Source: the human T2T-CHM13v2.0 reference genome, Homo sapiens. From it: a stretch of 64,000 bases of DNA. Made by a program: the position numbers and the translations under genes. The stretch is taken from NCBI RefSeq assembly GCF_009914755.1, contig NC_060926.1, one strand, 5' to 3'. Position 1 is the first letter of the stretch, and the number at the start of each line of letters is the position of its first letter. Below the pieces are notes generated by a model. That model worked only from the letters and a program-made list of their open reading frames with translations, had not been told where the DNA came from and ran no database searches. Below are positions 13,586 to 27,371 of the stretch, in pieces.

Positions 13586-15574
13586 ATAAAACTCAACATT
13601 CACGAAAATCCTGGTGGTATCTTTTTCACATATTATGAAGCTAATTCTGACTTTATAAAGTCTTACTAACTTCAATCCTTCTAGTAAATTTCAGCAATAG
13701 AATTTTTTTCTTAAAAAATAAAACATCTTTGCTACCCTACAAATTAATTATTGCTACAATTATAATCCATTTAGAAATAAACAACAACAATTGTTTAGCT
13801 ATCAAGATACAGCTGAGGACCGGCTTTAAAAAACTTTTCCAGCTTAGCTGAAATTGGTTGACGCAATAACATCCCTACCCTGTAGAGGTAAAGAGTAAAG
13901 TTATTCAGGTACTCACTTTACACATAGAATCTATTTACTCTAAACATATCCTTCAATCCATTCAACCAGTAATTATTGAGTTTCTAATATTTACAGTAAA
14001 TTCAGTGAAAGATAATGATATTAAAACTAACAATAATTTGTGCTTTCTAGAACTTGATAGCTCAGGTTGCCAGTATCTTTTGCGTTTCACAATTAAAACA
14101 AACAAAAACTAGCTGTGGCTCCACCTTTCTCTTTCCCTCTTCACCACAGATTTTGAAAACCCAAATTATTGTAATAATTTTACTTTCCTAGTACTTGACT
14201 TTAAAAATATTCCTTGTAAAAATGAATCTGCTATAAACCAAAAAACTCTTCCAAATGCAAAACATTGATGATTTGATTTCCCCACTTGGAAATATATGAA
14301 TAGTATTTTATTATTGTTACGTGTAAATTATGCTTCAGATATCCCTAAAATTTACTCAATTCTAAATCCTTATCCCTCCCCTGGAATGAGAATCAGATAG
14401 GTAAAATTTGAGGAAGATATCTGTTGCAAGCATCACCCACTAATTTTTTGTAATATAATTTCAATCGGTAGTTTTCCTTCTTTTCTTTTGCCTGTCTTTT
14501 TCTGTTTTTTACAGAAGGTAGAAAATTCCTGTGATAATCAATTTTGACCCTAATTGTTGTTTACTCTACCATATATTGCTTAATTGGCATAAAAAACAGT
14601 CTTCTTTTGCTAGGTTACATTATGCTTCTTTCAATTCATCTTAAAATGGCAATTTTTTTTTCCTTTCTGCAGGCATAACTCCTTATTGCTCCATACTTAT
14701 TTTACAGTAAAATAAAACAGTCTTTAAAATGAATGATAATTGTTCTGTAATATGAAGACTTTGATTAATCAAGGAAAGTATGCATTGTTTTGAGCATGCT
14801 TGGAGAGGATAACAAAGTGTTTCCTTTTCAAAATACATTTATTCAACCAATGATGTATTCACTGGACACTTTGGGGGCATTTATTTTGTGTGCATCACAG
14901 AAGCATTTCTTTCCAAAGTGGTTAGACAGATAAATCAGATAACTGAATAAAAACAGTTAATAATCCAAGGGAAAACTTTCATTTTGTGGTGTACTATCTA
15001 AATCACTAGCTATAAGCAAATAAAATTCGAGGTAGCTTTTAGTATTTTAAATAAGAATAGAGTTACTTGTGTTTGATATGATATGCTGTATGTAAATTAT
15101 TTTTATTGGCCTTTGCATTATAGAGAACACTGACAAAGTTGTTCCCAAGGGAAGAAACAAGAGGCAGTTCCGGGGTGGTAAGTTATTGGAAAGGAAACCT
15201 AGTAGTGGTGCCAACACATTAAAGATAATCCTACCATATAAGGAGGTGAAGATTGTGTTTCGGTTTTTTGTTTGTTTTAAATTTCAGATGGATAGTCTTA
15301 TTTTGTTTTTGAGATCACAACCAATCTTCTGTTTAACTGTTAAAAAAAGAGAAATTCCAAAATAATACTTTGCTTAAGAGTTGTTTTCTGCCCCACCCTT
15401 CTCCCCCTCCCTCCTCCCCATCGTCCTTCCTCCCATGCTCATGTTTGTTTATTAGCTTGCTCCAATATCTATCGGTATCCTTCTCTATTCACCTACCATG
15501 GGCTTAACCTAGTTCTGCAGCAATCTCAAAAGTCTGGCTATATGTCTACATATATGTACAAGCAGGAAGTGTTA

Positions 15575-15775
15575 CAGCTTGATGAAAGGAAAAGACTGAG
15601 ATACGTTTGAGTTCTGTGATTTATTAGCTCTATAATTTTGAATACATGGCCTGAACACAAAAAATATACATTTCTTCATCTGTAAAATTGAAGAACAACA
15701 CCTACTCATCAAGTTATCATGAAATTTAAATGAAATAGGCCTATGTAGCTGATGTTTTGATCATTATAAATATTA
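15575..15775 (+). mobile_element. MIR
   Basis: Core TTTCTTCATCTGTAAAATTGAAGAACAACACCTAC...ATGAAATTTAAATGA. Confidence 0.7.
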
Positions 15776-15953
15776 CCATTTTTAATATCTAATGTAGGAA
15801 GAACATGTATTAACTTGTGTCCTGGTCCTTTCACAGTGCCTATCTCTTCAGCAAGTTTCCTTTAACCCATTTTGTGCACATACATTAATTTGCTGTCTAC
15901 CTTGCTTCCCCACTTCTCAGGCTAGCATGCCTCTTCTTAGAACTGCCATTCCT

Positions 15954-16335
15954 GGCCGGGTGTGGTGGCTCACACCTGTAATCCTAGCACTTCGGGAGGC
16001 CAAGGCAGCTGGATCACCTGAGGTCAGGACTTCGAGACCAGCCTGGTCAACATGGCAAAACCCCATCTCTACTAAAAATAAAAAAATTGGCAGGACATGT
16101 TGGCGCATGCCTATAATCCCAGCTACTTGGGAGGCTGAGGCAGAGGAATCGCTTGAACCCCGGGAGGCAGAGTTTGCAGTGAGACAAGATCGTGCCATTG
16201 CACTCCAGCCTTGGCAACAAGAGCAAAACTCCATCTCAAAAAAAAAAAAAAAGAAAAAAGGAAAAGGAAAAGGAAAAGGAAAGGAAAGGAAAGGAAAGGA
16301 AAGGAAAGGAAAGGAAAGGAAAGGAAAGGAAAGGA
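15954..16335 (+). mobile_element. AluS (Sq/Sx-like) with microsatellite tail, TSD AGAACTGCCATT (15939-15950 / 16336-16347)
   Basis: Full dimeric Alu with a flanking direct repeat that encloses the whole purine tail. Confidence 0.96.
16262..16334 (+). repeat. (AAAAGG)3(AAAGG)11 microsatellite in the Alu tail
   Basis: Direct count: AAAGG x11 at 16280-16334, preceded by AAAAGG x3. Confidence 0.97.
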
Positions 16336-17059
16336 AGAACTGCCATTTCATCAACTTTCCTCTGGGAGTTGCCATGTTCTTACATGTCCCTGCCTATGTG
16401 GACACACTTAATTTAACATTAGGAATCTGATTAATGTTTAGCCTTCATCTAGAACTATTGTAAATTGCTGTGATTCTTGCAGTTTTTGTTCCAGATAATT
16501 TTTTGTAGGGAGTGGGTTGGATTTATGGATCTAGAAGATGACTTTACTTAGTGTGCCTAATAAGAATATTATAAATATTTGTTAAATAAATAATTGAAAA
16601 TATTTCTTAAATATTGTTATAAGGAATAAAAAGTGAATTTTAGGACTGAAAAACTGTCTGTGCTTGTTACTTTTTATTCCTTTATACATTCTGCAATTTT
16701 GTAGTAGCCTTTATTGTCAAAAATAACTTAATTTTCTCCTTTATCCCAGTAATATGTGAATCACATATCACACTAAAATAAGATACTTGGAATGTATTTG
16801 TACCTTATAAATGATAGAGTAAACAAGTAAAGAGCTCAGTTTTCTTCAAACTATAAAAATTTGACTTTTTGGCATCTTAGGCAAGAATAATATGAATTTT
16901 AAAGACCAGGGTAAAGATACAAGAAATCACTGGGGTAAAGAGAATTTCAAAATCTTTGACTTGTGGTCTGTCTCACTAAAAAATTTGCCTTGTTGGAATT
17001 TCATTCACAAAAATAAGAAAGGGACTGAAGTCCATGAGAAATCTGAACAGGGTTGTGGT

Positions 17060-17330
17060 TTGACAGTCAGTCGATTATGACTGATTGGTGACTTCATCCT
17101 TGGCAATTTAATGGCTGTTTCCCAGTTTCCTGCAATCTGCCCATCCAGCCATCCAAGGGACACTGCCAAAGTCCGCTTTCTCCTTTCTCTCTTCCATCTG
17201 CTGTTTTTATTTTTACTTCCTAATTGTGAAATTAGGTCCATAAAAATTTCAAATTATGCAATATGCTACAACTACAGCAAGTTTTTCTTTATCATATGAA
17301 AGTGGTCAGTCACGTGGCGTAAAAGCACTG
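17060..17330. promoter_or_regulatory. Candidate developmental enhancer (motif-dense non-repeat block)
   Basis: TGACAG, TGATTGG, TTGGCA/TGCCAA, TTTAATGG, palindromic CCTAATT-N4-AATTAGG, CCATAAAA, TTATGCAAT, GTCACGTG. Motif evidence only. Confidence 0.35.
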
Positions 17331-17535
17331 GGCAAGAACAGATAATCTGTACAAACAACTTGATTGAGTGTGGTCTCAGAAATACATACATACATACAAT
17401 TCACAAAAGAAAAATATAAACGATAGTTTATATGCTACAAATTTACCACAACGCTCTTTCAAAGTTTGCTGGAAGTCACAAAAGAAAAACACAAACCATA
17501 GTTTATTCACAGTTCTATGACATTTTTTCTCCTAA

Positions 17536-17947
<412 letters not shown>

Positions 17948-18997
17948 TTGTAAAGGTGATTCTAACAAATCCTAGAGACTTCTGTCCTGTTCTCACCTGT
18001 GGAATTACATTCAAAGATGGACAGCTGAGCCATGAAGTCATAATTAAAAAGAAAATTGCAGTCTTTGTTTGCAGTCTCTAAGAACATTAAAGGGGATCCA
18101 AATTACAGTGCAAGACTGCTCAGGAGCTTTCTTCTCCCTCCCTAGTACTTATCCTTAGCAGCTGCTGAGGTCTGCTCCTGTGAGGCTGTCTTTCAATTTC
18201 CAGCAAGTGCTATATTTTTTTTTTCTCTTTACCGCCTCTCCTCTTCTGCTCTCTCCTCATTCTTTATTAAATAGTTTGATCTATGTACTTTGCTAAATCC
18301 TCCCTTCTTTGCTTTTGGTTTCTCTAGTTCTATCCTACTCTCTGATTCATTCTTTACCTATAAAGAGATCTGAGAGTCTGAGAGTCGAAGCTCTTTTTTA
18401 CCTGGGAGTGGTGCTGGGGCATAGAACTGGATGAGACATAGAATTGGATTCAGTTAAGAGCAATCACAAGTAAATATGTCTTATTGTTTCATATTTGCAT
18501 ATATTAAAGGTATACACATTGAGGAAAAACAAAATCAAAATTTTGGCTTCTAATTCTAAGAAAAGAAAAATAATCTCTTTCCTATCATAGGACCTTTCTA
18601 ATACAGTGATCTTATTGAGACCCTCAGAGTCTCTGATTTCACATTGCTAAACAGATTATTGCTTTTGTTTGCACAAATATTCTGATGGGTGTTAGGTAAG
18701 CAACAATAAGCTGAAGCTAGATATCTGAACTGGGGGAAGTCGAATTTAGTGTAAGATATAAAGAATTTGAGATAAATGTAGACTGGAGGTACAAAGAGAA
18801 TGAGGGGGTGAAGTGGTAGGATGGGGAGAAGGATGGGGAAAACACTGTTTTCAATGTGATTAAAAGGCAAGTGAGAGCCCCTCAAGGCTGTCAACTGAAA
18901 AAGGGTTTAAGAGAAGAATATCTATTTTCCTATATAATGTTTAATGCTCTTCTATGTCCCCAGAACATTTTTAAGGTTTTCCAGTGGCACAGGGCCT

Positions 18998-18998
<1 letters not shown>

Positions 18999-19030
<32 letters not shown>
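18999..19030. repeat. (GT)n microsatellite (~16 units)
   Basis: Uninterrupted GTGTGT run. Confidence 0.97.
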
Positions 19031-19031
<1 letters not shown>

Positions 19032-19799
19032 GATTCTTAATCTTAAGGGAGAGTAAGTTTTATATCAATTTCAACAATTCACAACTGAATACAGACCACA
19101 CCTAGTTAAGAGAAACATAGTTCATAAATTGATATAATTCTTTGGAAATAGGGATATGGCTAGAATTGGTTATGGGAGTACAAGTCCCCCACAATATTTT
19201 AAAACAGTGGGGAGTCTGAACTTTCTTCATCTTATAAAATGGGGGTTCAATCAATTTAATGTAGATTTTTAAGGACAAGGACACTCTGGCTGCCATGTGG
19301 ATTCTTTGAATGTTGCTCAAAATCTGAATCATCAACTTAATACATCCATACTCATTCTATGTATTCATAACTATAACAATCCTGTAGTTCTTGAGAATAT
19401 ACATTCATAAGAACATGAATATTTTTTAAAAATACACTTAGCCCAATAGATGAAATCGGTTAATAATATCCAGAAAATGCTTATACAAATTCACCTCTTA
19501 ACTCCAGTCTCAACGCCTGGTTTGTTAGCAGTTCTGCGATTTCCAAATCCTCTTTAAAAAGCTTTTGAATTGCCCTGTTAATGGAGGAAGAGCAAAATAT
19601 AGCTAAAGTTTAACCCGCATAATTATACCTTGTGTTTCCTCTAAGACATGTCCATGTACTGCATGTAGACATGCCACTTGCCAAGATCAAAAGTCATGTT
19701 GTGATGGAAATTACTCTGAATCCCACCGCATGTCTACTGTAATATCTTGTAAAAATATTTTTCAAGGTAAATTAAAATTTATTTGAAATTCCAAGGGTC

Positions 19800-20720
19800 C
19801 GTTTATTTATTTATTAAGCAAATGCTTTTGCCCCTTTTGTGCTAAAAAATATAAACCTTACAGTGTCTTCTCTCTTTTAATCTTCTTATAGTCTACTTGG
19901 GAGATAAATACATAAGCAGATAATTTCAATCCTGAGATACATGAACAATAACACAAAAAGGCTTTGAAATTTAAATAGTAATCTAGCAGGTTTCCTGGAA
20001 GGACTAGCACATTTATTTGTTTTGTGTTTATGTCTCCACTAAGAAAAGAAATGTTTGACCCCTAACCCCCAGTAATTAAGAATGTGATCTTATTTGGAGA
20101 TAGGATTTCTACAGGGTGGGCCCTAATCTAATATAATTGGTGCCCTTGTAAAAATGAGAAATTTACAGAGAGAGAGACACACACACACACACAGGGAAAA
20201 TATCATATGAAGATGAAGATGGAGATCAGGGTGATGCATCTACAAGCCAGAAAATGGCAAAAAATAGCCAGCAAATCTTTAGAAGCCAGGAGAGAGGCAT
20301 GGAACAGGTTTTCCCTCACAGTACTCAAGCCTGCCAATAGCTTGATCTTGGACTTCCGCCCTCCAGAACTGTGAAGCAATAAATTTCTATTGTTTAAGCC
20401 ACCCTGTTAGTGGTACATTGTTACAGCAGCCCTAGGAACATTGTTTTGTTCTTGGAAGAAGTAGTATTTAAGCCCTGTCCTGAAGCATGAAAACAGTAGA
20501 AAGAAAGCAACATTGGGAAAGGCAATACACACCGAAGAAACAGGATGGGCAAATGCCTGGAGATATAGGAAACAGGGTAGTTTCAGACACCTGCCAATAG
20601 CACTGAGGGATGAAGGCAGAGAGTTCACAGAAGAAATAGAGGAGTGACTAGGAACCAGATAGCAAAGTGTTCTTCATGAATCCAGGCAAGAAATGATGGT
20701 GGTCTGTAGTTGTTGACAGT
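19800..20720 (-). mobile_element. L2 fragments flanking an MLT1 LTR
   Basis: TTTATTTATTTATTAAGCAAATGCTTT tail-type start and AATCCAGGCAAGAAATGATGGTGG further in. Confidence 0.6.
20015..20442 (+). mobile_element. MLT1B-like MaLR solo LTR
   Basis: GAATGTGATCTTATTTGGAGATAGG, GGGTGGGCCCTAATC, TTGATCTTGGACTTC..CCTCCAGAACTGTGA, AATAAATTTCTATTGTTTAAGCCACCC. Confidence 0.88.
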
Positions 20721-20723
20721 TGT

Positions 20724-21250
20724 TGTGAAACCTCAGTTCTTATCTTCTTGGTTTAAAGGAATTTAAACAAGAGACACACAGCAAAGAAGATGCAGTATAG
20801 TGCAATTTATTGCAAAAAACAAAGAATAATCTGAAAGTTAGGCACAGAATAGATAGTACATTATGAGAGACAATTCAGACAGGCTGCTCCTAAGGATGAG
20901 ACAGTGTGGACTGTTACTTGGGAAACTCCCTTTATGGGGGTCTTACATGATTATTCATAAGAAGGGAGGGAGAAGTGTCACTAGTAAGCATGTCCTGGGT
21001 GGTCCTCTGGGTGCACATACACAGCTGTACATGCTTATTCATACATTGTTTGTCTCATTAGCAAATTAAATCTCCATCCAGGGTTGTATTTTTTACTACT
21101 ATAATGAGCAAAGTGTCAGTCTGAAGACAGGTAAAATGAAACTGCACATGCTATCTACAGGGGAAATTGCCTACTGAATATAGCTTTGCTGGAATGAGCT
21201 TTGAAACTATAATGCAAATGCTGGGGCTTATCCTGTTGACAGTGCAGTGT
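20724..21250 (-). mobile_element. ERV1 solo LTR (LTR19/MER66-like)
   Basis: AATTTAAACAAGAGACACACAGCAAAG...TTTATTGCAAA (antisense AATAAA) and TACATGATTATTCAT. Subfamily uncertain. Confidence 0.65.
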
Positions 21251-24249
21251 GTAGAGATTCTTATGAAGTCCAATGGACAAAACTTGGCAGTTGGGTCACT
21301 ATTCGGTTTCCATTTGAGAGTATTGCCTGTTCTCTTTTCTTTCCCCCAAATCTTAGTTTCTGATGTACATTTAAGGTAATCTTGATCTTTTTTATTATAA
21401 AATGTGTTCTAAAATATCAGTACATAGAACTGATGCTTATTCTGTTGAAATTTTTGGATTATCACTGACATGAAGAAACATTGCAATAATGTGCTATTCT
21501 AACAAGTGGGTTCTAAGCAAAATAATGAGCATGCAAAAGTACATGAGACAGGCTGAAGAAATTTTATAACGAGTAGTTCTGGCAAAATTGAATCACAGTA
21601 AAAACAAAAAGGAGTTTCATAGTTATGCCATGGTGTTGTTGGTATTTCTTTTAAAGCCATAAACTTGGGACCCATATTTTGTAAAACCCTTTCTTCAATG
21701 ACTGAGAGCCACTGAGGATTCTTAAAATGTGGTCAAAGTGACATCTTTGTAAGAACATTCAGTGTTTGCAAGCAAGATTTGCAGGGTAATTGAGAGTTGA
21801 CTACATATTAAAAAGACTTATCCGGTTTTACCATGAATTTTACTAGAAGATGAAAGCTGGATAAGAAATTGAAATTGAATTGCTTTTCCAAAATGGAATT
21901 GTTTTAAATATCACCCAGTGAATTAATCTCTGACAATCATTATTGTATGATAATATTTACTTCTTCCGGACTTGGCAATGTAAATGGTTATGCTTCCTGC
22001 TTTTTAGAATCTTTGGATGACAAAAACAATAAACATAAACATAGAAAAGCAGGCAAATGAATCCCACTATATAAAAATCCTAAGAGGTAGTGCTTTGAAA
22101 AAAGATAAGTTGAAAAAGTAAATTCAATAAGGAATGGCTTATATTTTAAAAGTGACCCTCTGTGGGAAATTAAATACATATAAGCAGATGATATGAGATA
22201 AGAATTGGAAATGTTCTTTGGGTATTCCTTTCAACATTCCTAGTGTCTGTAATGATATTCATTGTACAGCACTTTCATATCTACTATCCCTCTTTTTAAA
22301 TCCTTCAAATATATTAAAAGTTATTTACATATTATACATATTTACAATCCAACTCCCATAAGCCAGTCCAACAAAGTTTCTACAGAAATTGAATATCAAT
22401 TGCTTAAAATTAAATAACCGTGTGCTGAAAGTTTGTTTCCTTTTACTTTTTTATTCTTTCTTCTGTTTTATTAATTAATTGACTAATTAATTTCGGAAAC
22501 ATTTATCTCTTGGCATTTTTTGCCTGTATATGCTACACAGAGTATTTAGTCTCAAATTATAATTAGCATATCTTTCCGTTCCCCTGTACATATTTTTCTT
22601 TGTAATTGTAGTTTGTTCTTTTTATTTATTGAAGTAACTGGGTCTAAAAGTCTTATACTCTACTACCTTCAGAGGTTGAGTTACTTTATCCCCTTCTCCT
22701 ACATATGACCTGCAATCTTTCATTCAAGCTGTTACATTTTCTTTAAACACAAAATATAGGAAGGTTTTAAGAAGCCATATACCATCATTCTTCACCTTAC
22801 TCTGATTTCCTTCTTCCTCTTAGACAAAAGTTCCACTTCCTCAGATCATTCTTTCCTAATCACTACCAAAGTACAAATTGTGTCTACTTCTCTCTTTTTA
22901 TTTTCTACTTTTTCATTTGCATAATATTATTTTCATAATCTGCACTTTTTTTCATTCTAAATAATATTTTCAGCAGACTCCCTTCACAAAAGGCTCAACA
23001 TGAGTAGGAAAAATTAGAAACTTCCCTTTAGTCATTGTGTCTTCCTTTTAAATGTTGAAACATGAAAGTTATACTGCAACAGACGTTTGTATTGATTCTG
23101 CTTAACCTTGTACCTTCAGTGGCAGGCATATAAACTGCAGCTTGCTTGAATTTGCCCTGCTGCTTGAGAAGGGAGAGTCTGCAGAACATGCATGAAGCTG
23201 ATATTCATCACCCGTAACTAATGTTCACGACAATTAATACTTGTCTGGGTGTGAACCACAGGTAATACACCACTTCAAAAAGCTCAGCACTTCTTTTCTT
23301 TTCCTTTTCTTTTCTTTTCTTTTCTAAATGTATTTAATATCCCTTTCTTATCCACATGCATGGAAAGTATTTTTACTGCTCTTCCATTTTGATAAATCAT
23401 ATGACTTTTGTGTATCAAATTTCTCACTTTGCATTTTCTTCTGTTGACTCATTCAAAATTATCTGGTATGATTTTTATATACGTTAAATATTCCCCCCTT
23501 TATTTTTCTCGGTCGGAGAAATATCAGCACAAAGGCGTATGTTACAAATGCAATCTGCATATTACTTTCTTTTTCGCATCTCTACACTAGTCTGCTTTCA
23601 AATGTGGAATGCATTTCTCTGAAAGGGAGCACTCAATCCATAATCACAGCAGAAGCTAAATGGGCCCTGGGGCCTCACTCCTGGTCCATTATCTTTCTTT
23701 TCCCATCCACTCATTCAGAGGATGCCAGTCACACTGGCAAATGAAGCATTTTTGCATCCAAGACATTATTCATCATCTTTGTATTTTCTTAAAGAGAAGA
23801 TAATTATTTGCTTGTTCAAACATCATAAATAACTATTCTATGTTTTCCTTTGAAAACATTTGAAATTTCTCATCTGTCAATTGAACAGCTATTTTTGTCC
23901 TTGATAGCTGATATCTTCTATTCTCAAAGTCCCTCAGTGGAACAGACTGTACTGGATATAATGATGTTAAAGCCTTCCAACTCCAAATCTTCCTTTCCCA
24001 GCCCCTCAAATTCTGTACTATTTCAGGTGCTTGTTTAGAAAGCTTCGGAAAATCTTATCAGCGCCTCCAATGCCTCCCTACTGGGTGTCTGGAGCTACTA
24101 CTCTCAGGAACAAATGTCTGCACGTGACATCAAAAACTGAATACCCAGCCAGCCCCAGTTCAAGCATATAGTTTTGATGACTTTATACCTGGTACTACTT
24201 CTCACTTTCCAAATGTTTTCTAACTGAAATTCTTTATATAACAATATGG

Positions 24250-24750
<501 letters not shown>

Positions 24751-25399
24751 TTGAGTAAATAAAGTCTCAGGTCTCTTGTTAAATCCTTCACTTTTTATCT
24801 ATAGCAAAAAATTCTGAAATGTTTGTCAAGTATAAAAAAAAACCAAATCCAAGAAACCTGCATCAGAATGTGTCTGAATTTTGTTTGTTGACAAACATTT
24901 GAATCTTATTAAAATTTGTTAAGGTAATTTAGCATATTTCAATTATCAAATTTATGTATTTAATCTTATAATCATGCTTTATTATTTTAAGTGTTTCCAT
25001 TACATTTTCTCTTTTTAGGATGTAGGATATAGTTTCTTTTGTTCTCTTTCTTTAGTTACTTGATAGCTATATGACTCTTCATAGTTCTATTAATATTAGT
25101 GATTAACATTTCTAAATAACATACTCAAACCTGCATTACTCTTATTATCACAGTTAAATTGATATACTTTATACTGATTCTTTCTAAAGAAGGTATAAAA
25201 TTTAGCACACATTTATTTCTATTCATAAGTTTGTTCCTATTTAATATAATTTCTGTGTTTTTAGCTTCAGATTTACTTTGTTTTTATATTATGCATGTCT
25301 TTTTCCAAATATTAATGTGGCATTTGTGTTCAGTTTAAGTCCTAATTTTTTCAATTCTGCTTAACTGACTTTATTCTGACCCTCATGCTATTTTTGCCA

Positions 25400-25850
25400 T
25401 GACTTACAAATTCTTAACTTCTTTATTCTGATACATCCTTCAAATAGCTGGAATATGTCTGAGGGTTTTTTTTCCCCACCTTTTAAAAGCATGCAAACTA
25501 CGTTGTTGAGACATGTGTATCTGAGAATTGTTTTCTTTTCCCTTTAAACATAGCCATTATAGAGTTCTTGGTGGCAATATTTCTCCCTCAAAACTCTGTT
25601 GATATTTCAGTATCTTCTGGAGTGCGTGATGTAGAAAGAGTTTATGTCAACTTGATATTATTCTTGTGCATGTAAACTTTATTTTGTCTTGCCTAAATGT
25701 ACTTAGGCATTCTCTTAACTCAGACATTTTTAAACTTTCACCAGGCTACTTAGATATTGGCATATTTTAGCTAATAAATCAGGGGGTTCAAATTATTTTT
25801 TAGCTGAGGTAAGTTGTCCTCTTCTAAATTCTCAATTATTATTTCTATCC
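25400..25850 (-). mobile_element. Ancient L1M/HAL1 ORF1-region relic
   Basis: TATAGAGTTCTTGGTGGCAATATTTCTCCCTCAAAACTCTG...ATCTTCTGG resembles antisense L1 ORF1 3' region. Confidence 0.5.
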
Positions 25851-25864
25851 TATTTTCATATATA

Positions 25865-26458
25865 AATAAAAACAAACAAATAAGCACCAACCTTTATCTA
25901 ACACTGTACGCCAAAGTGACTCAAAATTGATTACAGATCTCCGTGTAAAAATCTAAAACTATAAAATCCAACAGAGGTGAAATTTTTTTGACCTTATGGT
26001 AAGCAAAACTTTCTCAGATCAGACATAAGGCACAAAATATAAAAGAAAAAGATTGATAAAATGGATGTCATCAAAACTAAGTTCTCCTCCTTTTCATTAC
26101 AAAAATAAAAAGATAAGCCTCAGATTGGGCAAAATTATTTTCAATATGATTATCTGACATGTGATTTGTTTCTAGATCCCATAAAAAATTAGGAAAACAA
26201 ACCAAACAAATACAAACAATTAAGGTGCAGACAAATACTTAGGAAACATTCAACAAAGGAGATAAGATTTTCAATACCATTAATCATCAATGATATGTAA
26301 ATTAAAAACACAATGAGATACCACTACATAACAATAAGAATGGCTGTAATAAAAAGACTAGCCACATCAAGTGTTGTTGAGGATGTGGAGGAACTCAATC
26401 TGTCATGTTTTTTTGATGAGAAAGTGAAATGGTATAGTCACTTTGAAAAACCAGGAGA

Positions 26459-26489
<31 letters not shown>

Positions 26490-26930
26490 TTTTTTTTAAG
26501 TTGAAGCTATACCTAACATACGACCCAGCTATTCTACTCCTAGGTAAATACTCAAGAGAAATATATTTCTCAACATGAGAGTTGTACATGAATATGCATA
26601 GCAAGTTCATTCATAATAGGCCCAAACTGCAAACAACCCAAGTGCCCATCAACTGATTAGTTGGTGAATAATCTGTGGTATATCTGCACCATACTGCTGA
26701 TGTATGCAGCAACAGGGATGAATCTCAAAAACATATTGAGCAAAAGTAGCCAGATAAGAAAGAGTATATCCTTTGTGATTCCATTTATATGACATTTTTT
26801 AAAGGTAATTTAACCCATAGTGATGCAAAACAAAGAGGAATGACGAAGTTTTGGGGTATAATAGAAATTTTTCAAATCTTGATTGTGATGATGGTTACTC
26901 AAGTCAGTACATTTTATTGTATTTTATTAA
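25865..26930 (+). mobile_element. L1ME/L1MD-type ORF2 end and 3' UTR
   Basis: ORF 26313 (MRYHYITIRMAVIKR), CCCAGCTATTCTACTCCTAGGTA and GATGAATCTCAAAAACAT. Contains (TA)n at 26460-26486. Confidence 0.85.
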
Positions 26931-27323
26931 CCATGTCAAACATTCATTTATGAGAATTTCAGGAGAGGCTGCTAACTTTCTATGCAACAAGTTGCCCACA
27001 TTTTAAGGAACTAACATTCAGGGTGGATATGAATTAATCTTGTATAATTTTTCCTTGATTAGCTTTCTTTATCTCTCTTGAAATTTAGTAGATTGCTGGT
27101 AACTATTATAGTTTTCAAGGTTATTGCAATTTGGCACTTTGTTGTTTATTCTCATATGCATTTTGAGAGAGAAGTGAAGTGTAGAAAATTGGCATTGCTA
27201 ACTAGCTGCTGACCTACATCCAGGTATACCCCTTTTCTCCTAAACCCTAGGGGATCCCTCTGCATTCACATGGACAAGAACTCTTACTTCTGTTGCTTCA
27301 TTCACCTGGAATCGTGAAAATAG

Positions 27324-27371
27324 CCTAGAACTTAAAGTATAATTTAAGAAAAATAAAAATTAAAAAAAAAA
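27324..27371 (+). mobile_element. Minimal L1PA insertion (~20 nt of 3' end plus A tail), TSD GAAAA(T/C)AGCC
   Basis: CCTAGAACTTAAAGTATAAT is the L1PA terminus. GAAAATAGCC at 27316-27325 and GAAAACAGCC at 27372-27381. Confidence 0.85.

Noticed and set aside
14650-14720. Strong acceptor TTTTTTTTTCCTTTCTGCAG followed by AATAAA, as a terminal exon
   Set aside because: Polypyrimidine-AG and AATAAA are abundant in AT-rich DNA, and no linked upstream exon is identifiable.
15917-16430. 152-167 aa ORFs with KGKER/FPFLS repeats
   Set aside because: Translations of the Alu and its AAAGG tail, with no coding evidence.
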